A stretch of 64,000 nt of DNA, taken from NCBI GenBank assembly GCA_963773065.1, contig CAVYZN010000032.1, positions 315,526 through 379,525 of the forward strand. The letters run 5' to 3'. Shown piece by piece: positions 35,126 to 49,037 of this stretch; position 1 is the stretch's first letter, and each line of letters begins with the position of its first letter. A program made the position numbers and the translations under genes. Under the pieces are notes generated by a model, which made no database searches, was not told the DNA's origin, and saw nothing but the letters and a program-made list of their open reading frames with translations. The stretch comes from an uncultured Gammaproteobacteria bacterium (GTDB lineage: Bacteria; Pseudomonadota; Gammaproteobacteria; UBA9214).

Positions 35126-36361
35126 TCAGTGTTTCCGGCACCGTTTTATCAGCCAGCCGATGGTCAGCCCCTGTACGAGTATCGAGAAGACGACCACCTC
35201 GTAGGTGACCGCCACGAGGGTATTGCGGACCTCCCCGGCCGGCAGCGACAGGGCGAGCGCGATGGAGATGCCGCCGCGCAGTCCGCCCCAGGTGAGAATC
35301 TTCACCGCGTTCGGATCGAAGCTCCGGAAGCGTCGCATCAGGGTGATCGGCAAGCCGACGGTGATGAAGCGCGCCAGCAACACGATGGGGATCGCGATCA
35401 GGCCGGCCGCCAGGTATTGCTCCCGGAACACCAGCACCAGCACCTCCAGGCCGATCAGCACGAACAGCACGGCATTGAGGATTTCATCCATCAGTTCCCA
35501 GAAGGTGTTGAGGTGCTCGCGGGTGCGCTCGGGCATCGGCATCAGCCGGCCTTGATTGCCGATCAGCAGCCCGGCCACGACGATGGCGATGGGTGCGGAC
35601 AGTTGCAGCTTCTCGGCCAGGGCATAGCCGCTGGTGACCAGCGCCAGGGTAATCAGCATCTCCACCTGGTAGTTGTCCACGCTGCGCAGCATCCGGTAGG
35701 CGACAAAGCCGGTTCCCAGACCGAACAGCACGCCGCCGGCCGCCTGCTGCGCAAACAGACCGAGCACGGTCCAGGTGGAGATGGGGTCGTCGCCGGCGGC
35801 GATGCCCGTCATGACCAGGAAGACCACCACCGCGACGCCGTCATTGAACAGCGATTCGCCGGTGATCTTGGCCTCGAGACTCTTCGGGGCGCCGGCCTGC
35901 TTGAGGATCCCGAGGACGGCGATCGGATCGGTCGGCGAGATCAGGGCGCCGAACAGCAGACAGTCGATGAACGGGACCTTAAGTCCCGTCAGGCCAAAGG
36001 CCCACCAGGAGAGCATCCCGATAATGGCGGTCGTGCCGATGACGCCGAAGGTGGCGAGGAAGGTGATCATCCCGCGTTGTTCGGCGAGATCCGCCAGGTT
36101 GACGTGCAGCGCCCCGGCGAACAGCAGGAAACCGAGCATGCCGTGCAGCACGGCGGCATCGAAATCAACGCTCTTCAGCATGAACTCGACTTTATGCTCG
36201 ATTCCCGGGACCAGCGGTTCCAGCAGCAGGAGGCCGAGCGAGAAGAGCAGCGCGATCAGCATCAGCCCGATGGTGGTTGGGAGCTTCAGAAAGCGATGGT
36301 TGAGATAACTGAAGAGCGCGGCAATGGTCAGCAGCAACGCCAGGATATGAAACAGGTTCAT
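35126..36361 (-). CDS. Na+/H+ antiporter (NhaP/YjcE, CPA1)
   Basis: LLFAGALH, SPTDPIAV, GESLFNDG, WGGLRGGISIAL. Confidence 0.92.
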   Translation of the reverse strand: MNLFHILALLLTIAALFSYLNHRFLKLPTTIGLMLIALLFSLGLLLLEPLVPGIEHKVEFMLKSVDFDAAVLHGMLGFLLFAGALHVNLADLAEQRGMITFLATFGVIGTTAIIGMLSWWAFGLTGLKVPFIDCLLFGALISPTDPIAVLGILKQAGAPKSLEAKITGESLFNDGVAVVVFLVMTGIAAGDDPISTWTVLGLFAQQAAGGVLFGLGTGFVAYRMLRSVDNYQVEMLITLALVTSGYALAEKLQLSAPIAIVVAGLLIGNQGRLMPMPERTREHLNTFWELMDEILNAVLFVLIGLEVLVLVFREQYLAAGLIAIPIVLLARFITVGLPITLMRRFRSFDPNAVKILTWGGLRGGISIALALSLPAGEVRNTLVAVTYEVVVFSILVQGLTIGWLIKRCRKH

Positions 36362-36616
36362 CGGAAGACCGCTCAGCCGGGAGTTTAACGCCTAGTTACG
36401 GATGGTCCTTCGGGTTTGGTTGCCGGTTATGGACAGACTTTCCGTGACAACGTTCTGTTTTTCTGACGGGCGTGATATTCCCGCGTTGTCCTGCTACGCT
36501 TAGGCTTGCCTGACGAGATTCGTGTTCCCGTAGGCCAGGCCATTCCCGCCGAGTCGGCGCTTACCCTGAACAAGGCGCACGACGCGTCACATTGGCGTTA
36601 CACGTAGGACCGCATT

Positions 36617-36727
36617 ATGAGCAAGATTCTTGACGAAGTTCTGACCGCCAATAAACAGTACGTCGGCGATTTTGACAAAGGCGACCCCGCCATGCCGCCG
36701 GCACGGCGTTTCGCCATACTCAGGTGA
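36617..36727 (+). pseudogene. beta-carbonic anhydrase 5' remnant (36 aa)
   Basis: [36 protein letters not shown] stops where the CxDxR zinc motif normally begins. Confidence 0.72.
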
Positions 36728-36771
36728 CAGATATATTATCCGCGATGGGCCGTATTCATCGGGAGGCTGTC

Positions 36772-37117
36772 ATGATGAGAAAAAGGGGAAGACTCGCCCT
36801 CATGCTATTGCCGCTGTGGGTTTCAGCCTGCACTTGGGTCCCGCTCACCGACGAGGGCTCGCATGTTCAGGTGCGCACCTCAGACCAGGTGCAGGGTTGT
36901 GAGCGCAAGTCCCGGGTTACAACGGCAGTCAAGGACAAGATTGGCGATAATTTCGCGCAGCGAGGAAAAGGTGCGCGAGGAGCTTCGGACGCTGGCGCGT
37001 AACGAAGCCGCCAGGCTGGACGGTAACACCGTCGTGGCAGAGACGGAGCCGACCGACGGGCGGCAGGTCTTCGTGGTGTATCGCTGTCCCGGCAATGGGG
37101 GTCAGGTCTTGCATTAA
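36772..37117 (+). CDS. DUF4156 family lipoprotein (frameshift near 36950)
   Basis: lipobox VSAC, TWVPLT, EELRTLARNEAARLDGNTVV, VYRC. Confidence 0.8.
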
Positions 37118-37203
37118 CGTGCATTATCTCGACGGTGAGTCGAGCTGTGCGGGCGATCGAGCATGAAACGAAGGAATGATGTTGCAATGCAAGACCTGAC
37201 CCC
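37098..37203. repeat. REP/MITE-like element with perfect 18-bp IR
   Basis: ggggtcaggtcttgcatt (37098-37115) / aatgcaagacctgacccc (37186-37203). Confidence 0.75.
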
Positions 37204-37215
37204 GTCGTCTCTTTA

Positions 37216-38296
37216 TTAGAGACTGCTGGTCAGCCGGTTTGCGAAACGCCTGATTCCATATTTGATGTCCAGGATGGTCTTTTCCGTGGTATCCCAGTCG
37301 ATGCAGGCATCGGTAACGGAAACGCCGTATTTCAGTTTGGCGGGGTCTTCCGGGATGGGCTGCTTGCCCCAGTTCAAGTTGCTTTCGATCATCAGGCCGA
37401 TGATCGAGCGGTTGCCCTCGATGATCTGGTTGGTCACGTTCTGCGCCACCTGCGGTTGCAGCGCCGGGTCCTTGCAGGAGTTCTCGTGGCTGCAGTCCAC
37501 CATGATGTTCGGAGCTGAGGCCCGCCTGCTGCAGCGCCCGTTCACACATGGCGACATGCACGGCATCGTAGTTGGGCTTGCCGTTGCCGCCGCGCAGCAC
37601 CACATGGCCGTAGCGATTGCCGGCGGTCGACACGATGGAGACCCGGCCATCCGGGTCGATGCCGAGGAAATTGTGCGGGTGGCTGACGGACTTGAGCGCG
37701 TTCACGGCGACGGCCAGCCCCCCATCGGTGCCGTTCTTGAAGCCGACGGCGCAGGACAACCCGCTCGACATCTCCCGGTGCGTCTGGGATTCGGCGGTGC
37801 GGGCGCCGATGGCCGACCAGGAGATGAGATCCTGCAAGTATTGCGGTGAAATCGGATCCAGGGCCTCGGTCGCGAGCGGCAGGTCCATTTCGGCCAGTTC
37901 CAACAGCAGGCGGCGGGCGATGTGCAGTCCTTCCTCGATCTCGAAGGAGTCGTTCAGGTGCGGGTCGTTGATCAGCCCCTTCCAGCCGATGGTGCTGCGC
38001 GGCTTCTCGAAATAGACGCGCATCACCAGATACAGCGCGTCCTTTACCTGCTCCGCCAGCGCCCGCAGGCGCCTGCCGTACTCGATGGCGGCGACGGGGT
38101 CATGGATGGAACAGGGGCCGACCACGATGAACAGCCGCCGGTCCTTGCGGTCCAGGATGTTCTTGATGACGCCGCGGCTCGTGATGACGGAAGCGGCCGC
38201 ACGCTCGCTTATCGGCAGCCGGCGCTTGAGTTCCTCCGGCGTGATCAGCCGCGAGTAGGAGAGGATGTTGAGGTTTTCAACCCGTTTGTCGGTCAT
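37216..38296 (-). CDS. aroG: class I DAHP synthase (AroF/G/H type; frameshift near 37515)
   Basis: [49 protein letters not shown]. Confidence 0.92.
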
Positions 38297-38455
38297 GTGC
38301 GGTTCCGCTTAAGCGCGGCGTCTGAAGGCAGGTGAACAATCTACCAGTTTTCGGCCCCGGATAACCAGAGGGTGTAGCGGTGATCGGCCGCCCGGCGGTA
38401 GGGCCGGCGACGCTGTGGCAAGGCGGCCAGTTAACCTTTACTACCGCGGGGCCGC

Positions 38456-39052
38456 TTACCGGGATTTCTCGTAGGTGCCCATGAGTTCCGCCTGCCCGAG
38501 GACATGGCCTTGCATCGCGGCTTCGAGCGTCTTCTTCGTCGGTTTGCCGAGTCCTTCGAGCACCGTATCCAGGGCATAGAGCTTGTGGAAATAGCGATGC
38601 CGTCCAATGGGCGGGCAGGGACCGCCGTAGCCGGTCCGGTTCCAGTTATTCAGGCCCTGTCCGGTCCCGGAGGGAAGGTCGGCCATGGTCGCCCCTTCCG
38701 GCAGGCCCGTCGTGTCCGGCGGCAGGTTGAACAGCACCCAATGGACCCAGGTCATTTTCGGGGCCTTGGGGTCCGGCGCATCGGGATCGTCGACGATGAG
38801 GACCAGGCTGCGGGCATTGGCGGGAACGTCCCGCCATGCCAGCGGCGGAGCGATGTCGTCTCCCTGGCAGGTGTACTTGGACGGGATCCTGCCCCCGTCG
38901 GTGAAGGCGGTCGATGTGAGTGTCAGCGCCATGCTCTCCTCCGCGTGCGGCATACCGGTGAACATGCACACAGTGTAGTACAAGGCGAGCGCCGCCCCGG
39001 TGAGGAAACGGCGCCGGACGCGATGGCGCAAGTGATACCTCGGTCTTGTCAT
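38456..39052 (-). CDS. YbhB/YbcL (PEBP/RKIP-like) protein, possibly with a Tat signal (alternative start 38932)
   Basis: DDPDAP, WVHWVLFN, GYGGPCPPIGRHRY; upstream in-frame RRRFL plus hydrophobic stretch. Confidence 0.88.
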   Translation of the reverse strand: MTRPRYHLRHRVRRRFLTGAALALYYTVCMFTGMPHAEESMALTLTSTAFTDGGRIPSKYTCQGDDIAPPLAWRDVPANARSLVLIVDDPDAPDPKAPKMTWVHWVLFNLPPDTTGLPEGATMADLPSGTGQGLNNWNRTGYGGPCPPIGRHRYFHKLYALDTVLEGLGKPTKKTLEAAMQGHVLGQAELMGTYEKSR

Positions 39053-39111
39053 GCCATGCCCGCGGCCTGTCGACGGCGAGCGGAGTTCCTGTCTCGTCTT
39101 TGTTTCGCCGT

Positions 39112-39894
39112 TCATATCCCCGCTCCCGGGACGATGCCCTTCAAGTAGCCGCCGCCCAGGTGAGCCATCTGCTGCAGTATCCAGTCGCGCCGCTCCAGCA
39201 CGTAGGCCGAGGGTCTGTCCACCTGGTAGCGGCGCGGATTGGGCAGTACCGCGGCCAGCAGGGCCGCCTGCTCCATGGTAATGGCGCCGGCCGGCCTTGC
39301 GAAAAATCGCCTCGATGCCGCCTCGACGCCGAAGGTGCGTTCTCCCATCTCGGCGATATTGAGGTACACCTCCAGCACCCGGCGCTTCGGCCAGGCGATC
39401 TCCAGCAGCAGGGTCATCCAGGCCTCCAGCCCCTTGCGCAGGTAGCTGCGTCCCTGCCACAGGAACAGGTTTCTCGCCACCTGTTGGGTCAGCGTGCTGG
39501 CGCCGCGCAGGCGGCCGCCGCGCGCCCCGTTTTGTGCAGCATCCCAGATGGCGGCAACGTCAAAGCCCCAGTGGTGCGGAAACTTCTGGTCCTCGGCTGC
39601 AACCACGGCCAGCGCCGCCGCCGGCGCGATGCGTTCAAGCGCCACCCACTGGTAATCCTGGGACCGGCCTTCGCGCAGAGTGCGCGCCAGCATCACGGCC
39701 GAGGTGGGCGGCGGCAGCCAGCGCAATGCGATCACCGGAAACACGCTGACGACGAGAAACACGGCCACTACCCGCAGGAGCCAGCGCCGGTATCGTTGCC
39801 CGGTGCGCCGGGACAGCCTGCGACGGCCACGGGTTTTTCTCCTCCTCGGCAATAACCGGGAGGCTGGCAATTGAGGAAACATGGGTTCGGTCAT
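39112..39894 (-). CDS. mtgA: monofunctional peptidoglycan transglycosylase
   Basis: AEDQKF, RGASTLTQQVARNLFL, RKGLE, EVYLN, AAVLPNP. Confidence 0.94.
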   Translation of the reverse strand: MTEPMFPQLPASRLLPRRRKTRGRRRLSRRTGQRYRRWLLRVVAVFLVVSVFPVIALRWLPPPTSAVMLARTLREGRSQDYQWVALERIAPAAALAVVAAEDQKFPHHWGFDVAAIWDAAQNGARGGRLRGASTLTQQVARNLFLWQGRSYLRKGLEAWMTLLLEIAWPKRRVLEVYLNIAEMGERTFGVEAASRRFFARPAGAITMEQAALLAAVLPNPRRYQVDRPSAYVLERRDWILQQMAHLGGGYLKGIVPGAGI

Positions 39895-39968
39895 GCGGGT
39901 GGTTATCGATTAAGCGGACATCGGTAAAAAACACTCGCCGATTCGGTAGTGTATGCAATGTACACGGA

Positions 39969-40072
39969 CGATGCACAGGGAAGTGCGAGTGTCGCGGGAG
40001 GGCAGGATGCCCATAGCGACCGATGCACAGGGAAGTGCGAGTGTCGCGGGAGGGCAGGATGCCCATAGCGAC
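39969..40072. repeat. perfect tandem duplication of a 52-bp palindromic unit
   Basis: cgatgcacagggaagtgcgagtgtcgcgggagggcaggatgcccatagcgac at 39969 and 40021. Confidence 0.95.
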
Positions 40073-40100
40073 CGACCGCTACCGGATCCCATGGCTGCAC

Positions 40101-40128
40101 TTGCGCGCGATCGGGGCTGATATATAAT
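40101..40128 (+). promoter_or_regulatory. candidate sigma-70 promoter
   Basis: TTGCGC-N16-TATAAT. Confidence 0.45.
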
Positions 40129-40134
40129 GCTGCT

Positions 40135-40312
40135 GCGTTCGGGCCACGGTAGTTATTGGCGAATGCCAGCGACGTAAGTAGTTGCCCTAATAGTATTCAT
40201 ACCGAAATTGGATTAGGGTATAGCTGTCTAAAGGGAATTTGGATGTGGTTATTTTCATAGTTCATGACTCCTCTTGCGGCGACCATTGGATGACTCCAAT
40301 GGTCGCCGTTTT
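40135..40312 (+). ncRNA. candidate small RNA
   Basis: promoter-like motif, about 175 nt AT-richer stretch without a credible ORF, ending in a 14-bp hairpin plus U-tract. Confidence 0.4.
40277..40312 (+). terminator. intrinsic terminator
   Basis: cggcgaccattgga-tgac-tccaatggtcgccg-tttt. Confidence 0.8.
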
Positions 40313-40499
40313 CGTTTGCGTTACTCGCAATTTTACTCGTTTCCCTGATTGTGCCGTCTTTACAAATAACCTACGTTGATACTATGTTATTCACTTGATG
40401 TGAAATTAGGGGGGAAGACATATGGATGAGGAAATAGCATTTACCGCGTTCGCGCTCTGATAATTTGTCGGGCGATGGCAATCTGGATCTCATTACGCC

Positions 40500-41364
40500 G
40501 CAAGCGTGATTCTGACGGCAGACTGGGGGAACAATTGTCCGCCGGCATACAGGCAATTCCCCGCACTGAAAAATAACGGTTCCGCCTGGCCGGTCAGTGG
40601 TCTACACCCTGGGGGTGTTTTCCCTGTCCTCGAAGGTAATCCCGCCAACCCCAGCCGCCAGGATGGGCGGCAACCGCTCGAGTTATTGAAAACCCTGATT
40701 GCACTCGGCGGCAGCAAAGTCAGCGTCACCAGCCTGACTTCGGCGCTCTGGCCGGATGCCGGAAGGGGAAACCGCCCAGCGTTCATTCGATGCGACGCTG
40801 GGTCGTTTGCGCGAGATACTCGGCGATGAACGTCCGCTGGTGCTGAGGGACGGCAATATTACCCTGGATGCCCGGTACTGCTGGGTCGATGCCTGGGATT
40901 TTGAAGAAACGCTCGACAAGGCCCAGGACATTCTGAGCAAGGATATGACCGGCAAGAACGCCGCCGATCTCGATAGGCTGTCTACCCGATCGCAGAGTCT
41001 CTATCGGGATCATTTTCTGGCCAGGGAAGCCACGACCTCATGGTCCGTCTCCCTGCGGGAGCGGTTGCGCAGCAAATTCCTCCATCACCTGCTCGATGTC
41101 GGGCATTACTGGGAAGTCCACGGATCCTGGGACAAAGCCATGCAGTGTTACCAGAGGGGCATCGAAGTCGACAACCTGATCGAGGATTTCTACCAGCGTC
41201 TCATGGCCTGCTGCCTCGAAACGCAGCGAATCAGCGAAGGCATAGCGGTCTACCAGCGTTGCTGGCGGATTCTATCCAGTGTTCTCGGTCTCCAGCCGGG
41301 GCCGGAAACCGACGCGCTATATTATTCCCTTAATGGTGAGATTCTCGGCAAACATACCGCCTGA
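40500..41364 (+). pseudogene. SARP/BTAD-type transcriptional regulator, C-terminal part only and frameshifted
   Basis: PLELLKTLIALGG...ALWPDAEGETA...TLGRLR winged helix, CWVDAWDFE, RERLR, FYQRLM; no intact 5' part. Confidence 0.75.
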
Positions 41365-41430
41365 GTAAACGGAGCCGCTCTCACTCCCTGCCTGACCCGA
41401 CGCCATCCCATACACCTGGGTAGCCCATCC

Positions 41431-41751
41431 ATGCGTATACCGGTACTGTTAGCCGCTACCGCACTGCTGGTCGGTCTGACTGCCGCCGTTGCCTATGTAA
41501 CGGCGCAAGACAGCCGTCAGGCAAGACAGGCGGAACTCGACCGGGAATGCGAAACGGCCCGACAGGCCGCATTGCAACCCAAGCGGGAAGATATCTACCA
41601 GGAATGCATCAACAAGTTCAAGAAGGAGGAAGGCGTGTGCCGGAATGAGGCAAACAGCTACAACGGCAACCGGATCAGCGGCGCGCCCTTGTACTACGAC
41701 CTGCCGGAGTGCGTGCAAGCCTTCGATTACAGGAAAGACAAGGACCAGTAA
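41431..41751 (+). CDS. small secreted Cys-containing hypothetical protein
   Basis: signal peptide, 4 Cys, YYDLPECVQA. Confidence 0.7.
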   Translation: MRIPVLLAATALLVGLTAAVAYVTAQDSRQARQAELDRECETARQAALQPKREDIYQECINKFKKEEGVCRNEANSYNGNRISGAPLYYDLPECVQAFDYRKDKDQ

Positions 41752-41769
41752 GAGAATGTGAGCAGGCGG

Positions 41770-41841
41770 GAAGATTCCCGCATTTTCTATCCGGGCTGGT
41801 TCTTCTTCAACACACCCGATAATTCAGAATGTCCCCATTTC
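41770..41841. repeat. degenerate copy of the GGGGACATTCT repeat family
   Basis: right arm gataattcagaatgtccccattt shared with the 58.96 kb and 59.45 kb copies. Confidence 0.65.
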
Positions 41842-42025
41842 TATTTTGATCAGGACTGGCAGGTCGTAATCAGTATCTCTCAGCAACGACGATTGGCGTC
41901 CCGCGTAAAAGCGTAGTATTTCGTCGAAGCCAATTAGTGCTTGAGCGGCTTTACGCGCATCAAGAAGCCCTTCCTCGACGAGTGCTCCTTCGTATTTCTA
42001 GTACCCGATATATTCTTTGTTATTA
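41842..42025 (-). pseudogene. 5' fragment of a hypothetical gene, truncated at the repeat
   Basis: KEYIGY*KYEGALVEEGLLDARKAAQALIGFDEILRFYAGRQ...DLPV runs into the repeat arm; low GC. Confidence 0.5.
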
Positions 42026-42126
42026 TTTATCTCTGTTTGTTACCAAGGCATAATGATTATTGGAGAGCCGAAAATTCGGGTCTGTATTACAACTTTTCGG
42101 TCATTTTTAAAAATCCACCATCTTCA

Positions 42127-42139
42127 AATCAACAGCTTG
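42127..42139 (+). promoter_or_regulatory. IHF consensus site
   Basis: AATCAAcagcTTG matches WATCAANNNNTTR in an AT-rich region. Confidence 0.4.
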
Positions 42140-42427
42140 ACCTCATATAGCACGGCCTAATGAGGAATACAAACCTGTCATGGCCATTGCACGACTCTGC
42201 ATATGGTCAGACAAAAAAGCTCCTCATCGAGAGGCTTTCATTTTAATGGTTGTTGCTTCGGCCAGATATTTCGGTAACTGCTGATTTCGCCGCAATCTCC
42301 TCCAACTCCTTCGCCATAATGATCTGGCCGTCGAGGCCGGGTTCCTTGACGCTCTTGCCATGCGCGACGCTCATCGGCGTCGAGTCGTACGCCACCGGCA
42401 TCTTGACGGGTAACGCATGGAGCAGTT

Positions 42428-42502
42428 GCCGAAAGAACACAAAGCGGTTGAATTGTTTTGGTTAAAGTATTTCTCTGCGATCTTTGTGTCTCTGCGGTGA
42501 AT
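42428..42502. repeat. degenerate caccgcagag-type intergenic repeat
   Basis: ttctctgcgatctttgtgtctctgcggtgaat arm resembles the 15.3 kb element. Confidence 0.45.
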
Positions 42503-42657
42503 ACCCGTGTTTATGGAGGACACGAAATAGAGCCATACGTGTGCGCTGAATGAGCGAGTACCTGCGTCGCTTTGTTTCTTCCCCTGTCATTAGAGGGGTT
42601 GGGTTTGCGCGCCCGGCTAGGCTGGACGCCGGCCCGCATGCCTGCCATGATTTCCGC

Positions 42658-46983
<4,326 letters not shown>

Positions 46984-46985
<2 letters not shown>

Positions 46986-47040
46986 AAAGGGGACATTCTG
47001 GTTTTCGTGATATTTTTGAAAACCAGAATGTCCCCTTTTT
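46984..47040. repeat. perfect 23-bp inverted repeat (intact GGGGACATTCT element; likely bidirectional terminator)
   Basis: aaaaaggggacattctggttttc-N11-gaaaaccagaatgtccccttttt between convergent lhr and permease genes. Confidence 0.85.
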
Positions 47041-47053
47041 GTTCCTTTTTGTG

Positions 47054-48265
47054 TTACAGCTCGCGCAGACCCTCGGACGGCTCGACGCGCGCCGAGCGCA
47101 GTCCCGCCAGTCCCGATGCCACCACGGCGGCGGTGCAGGCCAGCCCCAGCGCGACCCCATAGTGCATCGGCAGCAGCCGGCACACCTGCTGTCCGGCGTC
47201 GAGCTGCGCGGCCATCATGTCGTTGATGACCCAGGCCGCCGCCTGGTAGATCGCCACCGCCAACGCCCAGCCCAGGATGGCGGTGAACAATGCCTGCACC
47301 ATGGGAAACCAGACGATATCCCCGGTGCGAAATCCCACCAGGCGCAGCACCGACAGCTCCTTGCGCTTGCGGTCGATATTGGCCCACAGACTGGCGCCTA
47401 GTGAAAGCGAGAATCCCACCAGTCCAATCACGGCTATGGCCCAGTAGATGGCGGTGAGATTGCGCTCCATGCGCCGCACCGACTCGATCTCTGCCGCCTG
47501 GGTCTGTACATCGACGCCGAGCTTGGCGAAGGCGTCGCGCAGGTCCGCCACGTCGTAGATGGAACGCGCGTAAAGCCGGAACCCCGGATAGCTGCGTTCG
47601 GTATCCGCCGGATCCCCTTCCCAGCCGAGGGCGGGCACCGCCCGCCCGTCCCGGAAGTCCTCCAGCGCATCGAGCAGCGCCACCGAGACGAAGGCGCCGT
47701 CCCGCGGGAACGCCCGCGCCGGTGCGACCGCCGCGACGGTCAGAGGCAGGTGCACGCGTTCCTGGTGGCCGCGGAAACGCCGGGCGAGGCTGCCGTCCAC
47801 GGTGTCGCCGGCCTCGATGCCCAGCTTTTCGGCCGCGCTTTGGGATACCACCACCCGGGTGAGTCCCGCCACCAGATCGTCAGCCGCCGGGAGCAGCGGA
47901 TCACCGCGGCCGGAGGAGATCAGCTCCGCGGGTACAATACGCATGGCGCTCTGGCTGCCGAGTTCGATGGTCGCGGCGATGCTGCGGGTGCGCGGCACCA
48001 GGAAAACCACCTGCGGTTGCGCCCGCACGCCCTCCAGCCAGGCATGGTCGTAATGGCCGCTGCCGACCGGGCGTATCTCCCGATTGTGGGGGTCCTCGAT
48101 CAGTTGCTCCACCATCGCGCCCACGATGCCGAACTTGAGCCCGAACAGCACCAGCATGGGCCCCAGCACCGCGGCCAGGGCCAGTACGAAACATCCCGAC
48201 ATCTGCCACTCGTGGAGGTAGTCGCGGCTCGCCAGCCGAAAGACTTTGCCTAAGGCTCCAATCAT
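47054..48265 (-). CDS. FtsX/MacB-type ABC permease (TagS-like)
   Basis: LALAAVLGPMLVLFGLKFG, periplasmic loop, FRLYARSI, RKRKELSVLRLVG, C-terminal TMs. Confidence 0.85.
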   Translation of the reverse strand: MIGALGKVFRLASRDYLHEWQMSGCFVLALAAVLGPMLVLFGLKFGIVGAMVEQLIEDPHNREIRPVGSGHYDHAWLEGVRAQPQVVFLVPRTRSIAATIELGSQSAMRIVPAELISSGRGDPLLPAADDLVAGLTRVVVSQSAAEKLGIEAGDTVDGSLARRFRGHQERVHLPLTVAAVAPARAFPRDGAFVSVALLDALEDFRDGRAVPALGWEGDPADTERSYPGFRLYARSIYDVADLRDAFAKLGVDVQTQAAEIESVRRMERNLTAIYWAIAVIGLVGFSLSLGASLWANIDRKRKELSVLRLVGFRTGDIVWFPMVQALFTAILGWALAVAIYQAAAWVINDMMAAQLDAGQQVCRLLPMHYGVALGLACTAAVVASGLAGLRSARVEPSEGLREL

Positions 48266-48267
48266 GG

Positions 48268-49032
48268 TCAGCCGCTCACCACGGTCTCGGTCAGCTTGCC
48301 GCCGTCGGAATGCGATGTTTGATGGTCCAGCCGGCGCAGGCCGAGTTCCTTCACATGACGCCAGGCATGGCTGGCGAGGATCACCGTGGTGTTGAATTCA
48401 TCCACCAACTGGATGAAGAGGGACATGATTTTCTCCGCCGAGTACGGATCGAGCGAGGCCGTGGGTTCATCGGCAATGACAATGGAGGGCCGGTGTGCAA
48501 GCGCGCGTCCGATGGCTACCCGCTGGCGTTCGCCCGTGGACAACGCATCCGGCAGCTTGTCAAGCTGGGGGGCGATGCCGAGCTCTTCGGCCAGATGCTC
48601 GACCGTCCCGTCCCGCGGCAGACCGAGCACGCTGCGGCAGATGTTCATGTTGTCGTACACCGTCAGATAGGGCAGCAGGCCGCCGGTCTGCATCACGTAA
48701 CCGATATGCCGCTTGCGCAGTTCGCCCAGTACGTTGAGCTTGCCTTGCTTCCAGTAGATATCCACGTCCTCGGCTTCCCGCTCGGGCAAGGGCCGGAAGC
48801 GGAAGGCGGCGGTGGCCGAAGGCTGCAGGATGAAAACGAGCATGTCCAGCAGGGTCGACTTGCCGCAGCCCGATTCGCCGATCAGGGCGATTTTCTCGCC
48901 CACGGCGATTTGCAGGTTCGGGACCCGCAGCCGGAAGGCCACACCCTCGGCTTCACGGGTCTTGACCACATCGCGCAGGTGATAGATGAGCGTCTGCCTG
49001 GATTGCGGCTCCGTCGCGGACTCGGTACTCAC
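48268..49032 (-). CDS. ABC ATP-binding protein (LolD/TagT-like)
   Basis: GESGCGKST, LSTGERQR, IADEPTASLD, ASH. Confidence 0.92.
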   Translation of the reverse strand: MSTESATEPQSRQTLIYHLRDVVKTREAEGVAFRLRVPNLQIAVGEKIALIGESGCGKSTLLDMLVFILQPSATAAFRFRPLPEREAEDVDIYWKQGKLNVLGELRKRHIGYVMQTGGLLPYLTVYDNMNICRSVLGLPRDGTVEHLAEELGIAPQLDKLPDALSTGERQRVAIGRALAHRPSIVIADEPTASLDPYSAEKIMSLFIQLVDEFNTTVILASHAWRHVKELGLRRLDHQTSHSDGGKLTETVVSG

Positions 49033-49037
49033 GTCGT

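Noticed and set aside
39969-40072. CRISPR or guide-RNA array
   Set aside because: The two units are identical and abut with no spacer; there are no cas genes in the window
42243-42440. 65-aa minus-strand ORF
   Set aside because: GC-rich patch that may be a gene fragment, but no family could be recognised
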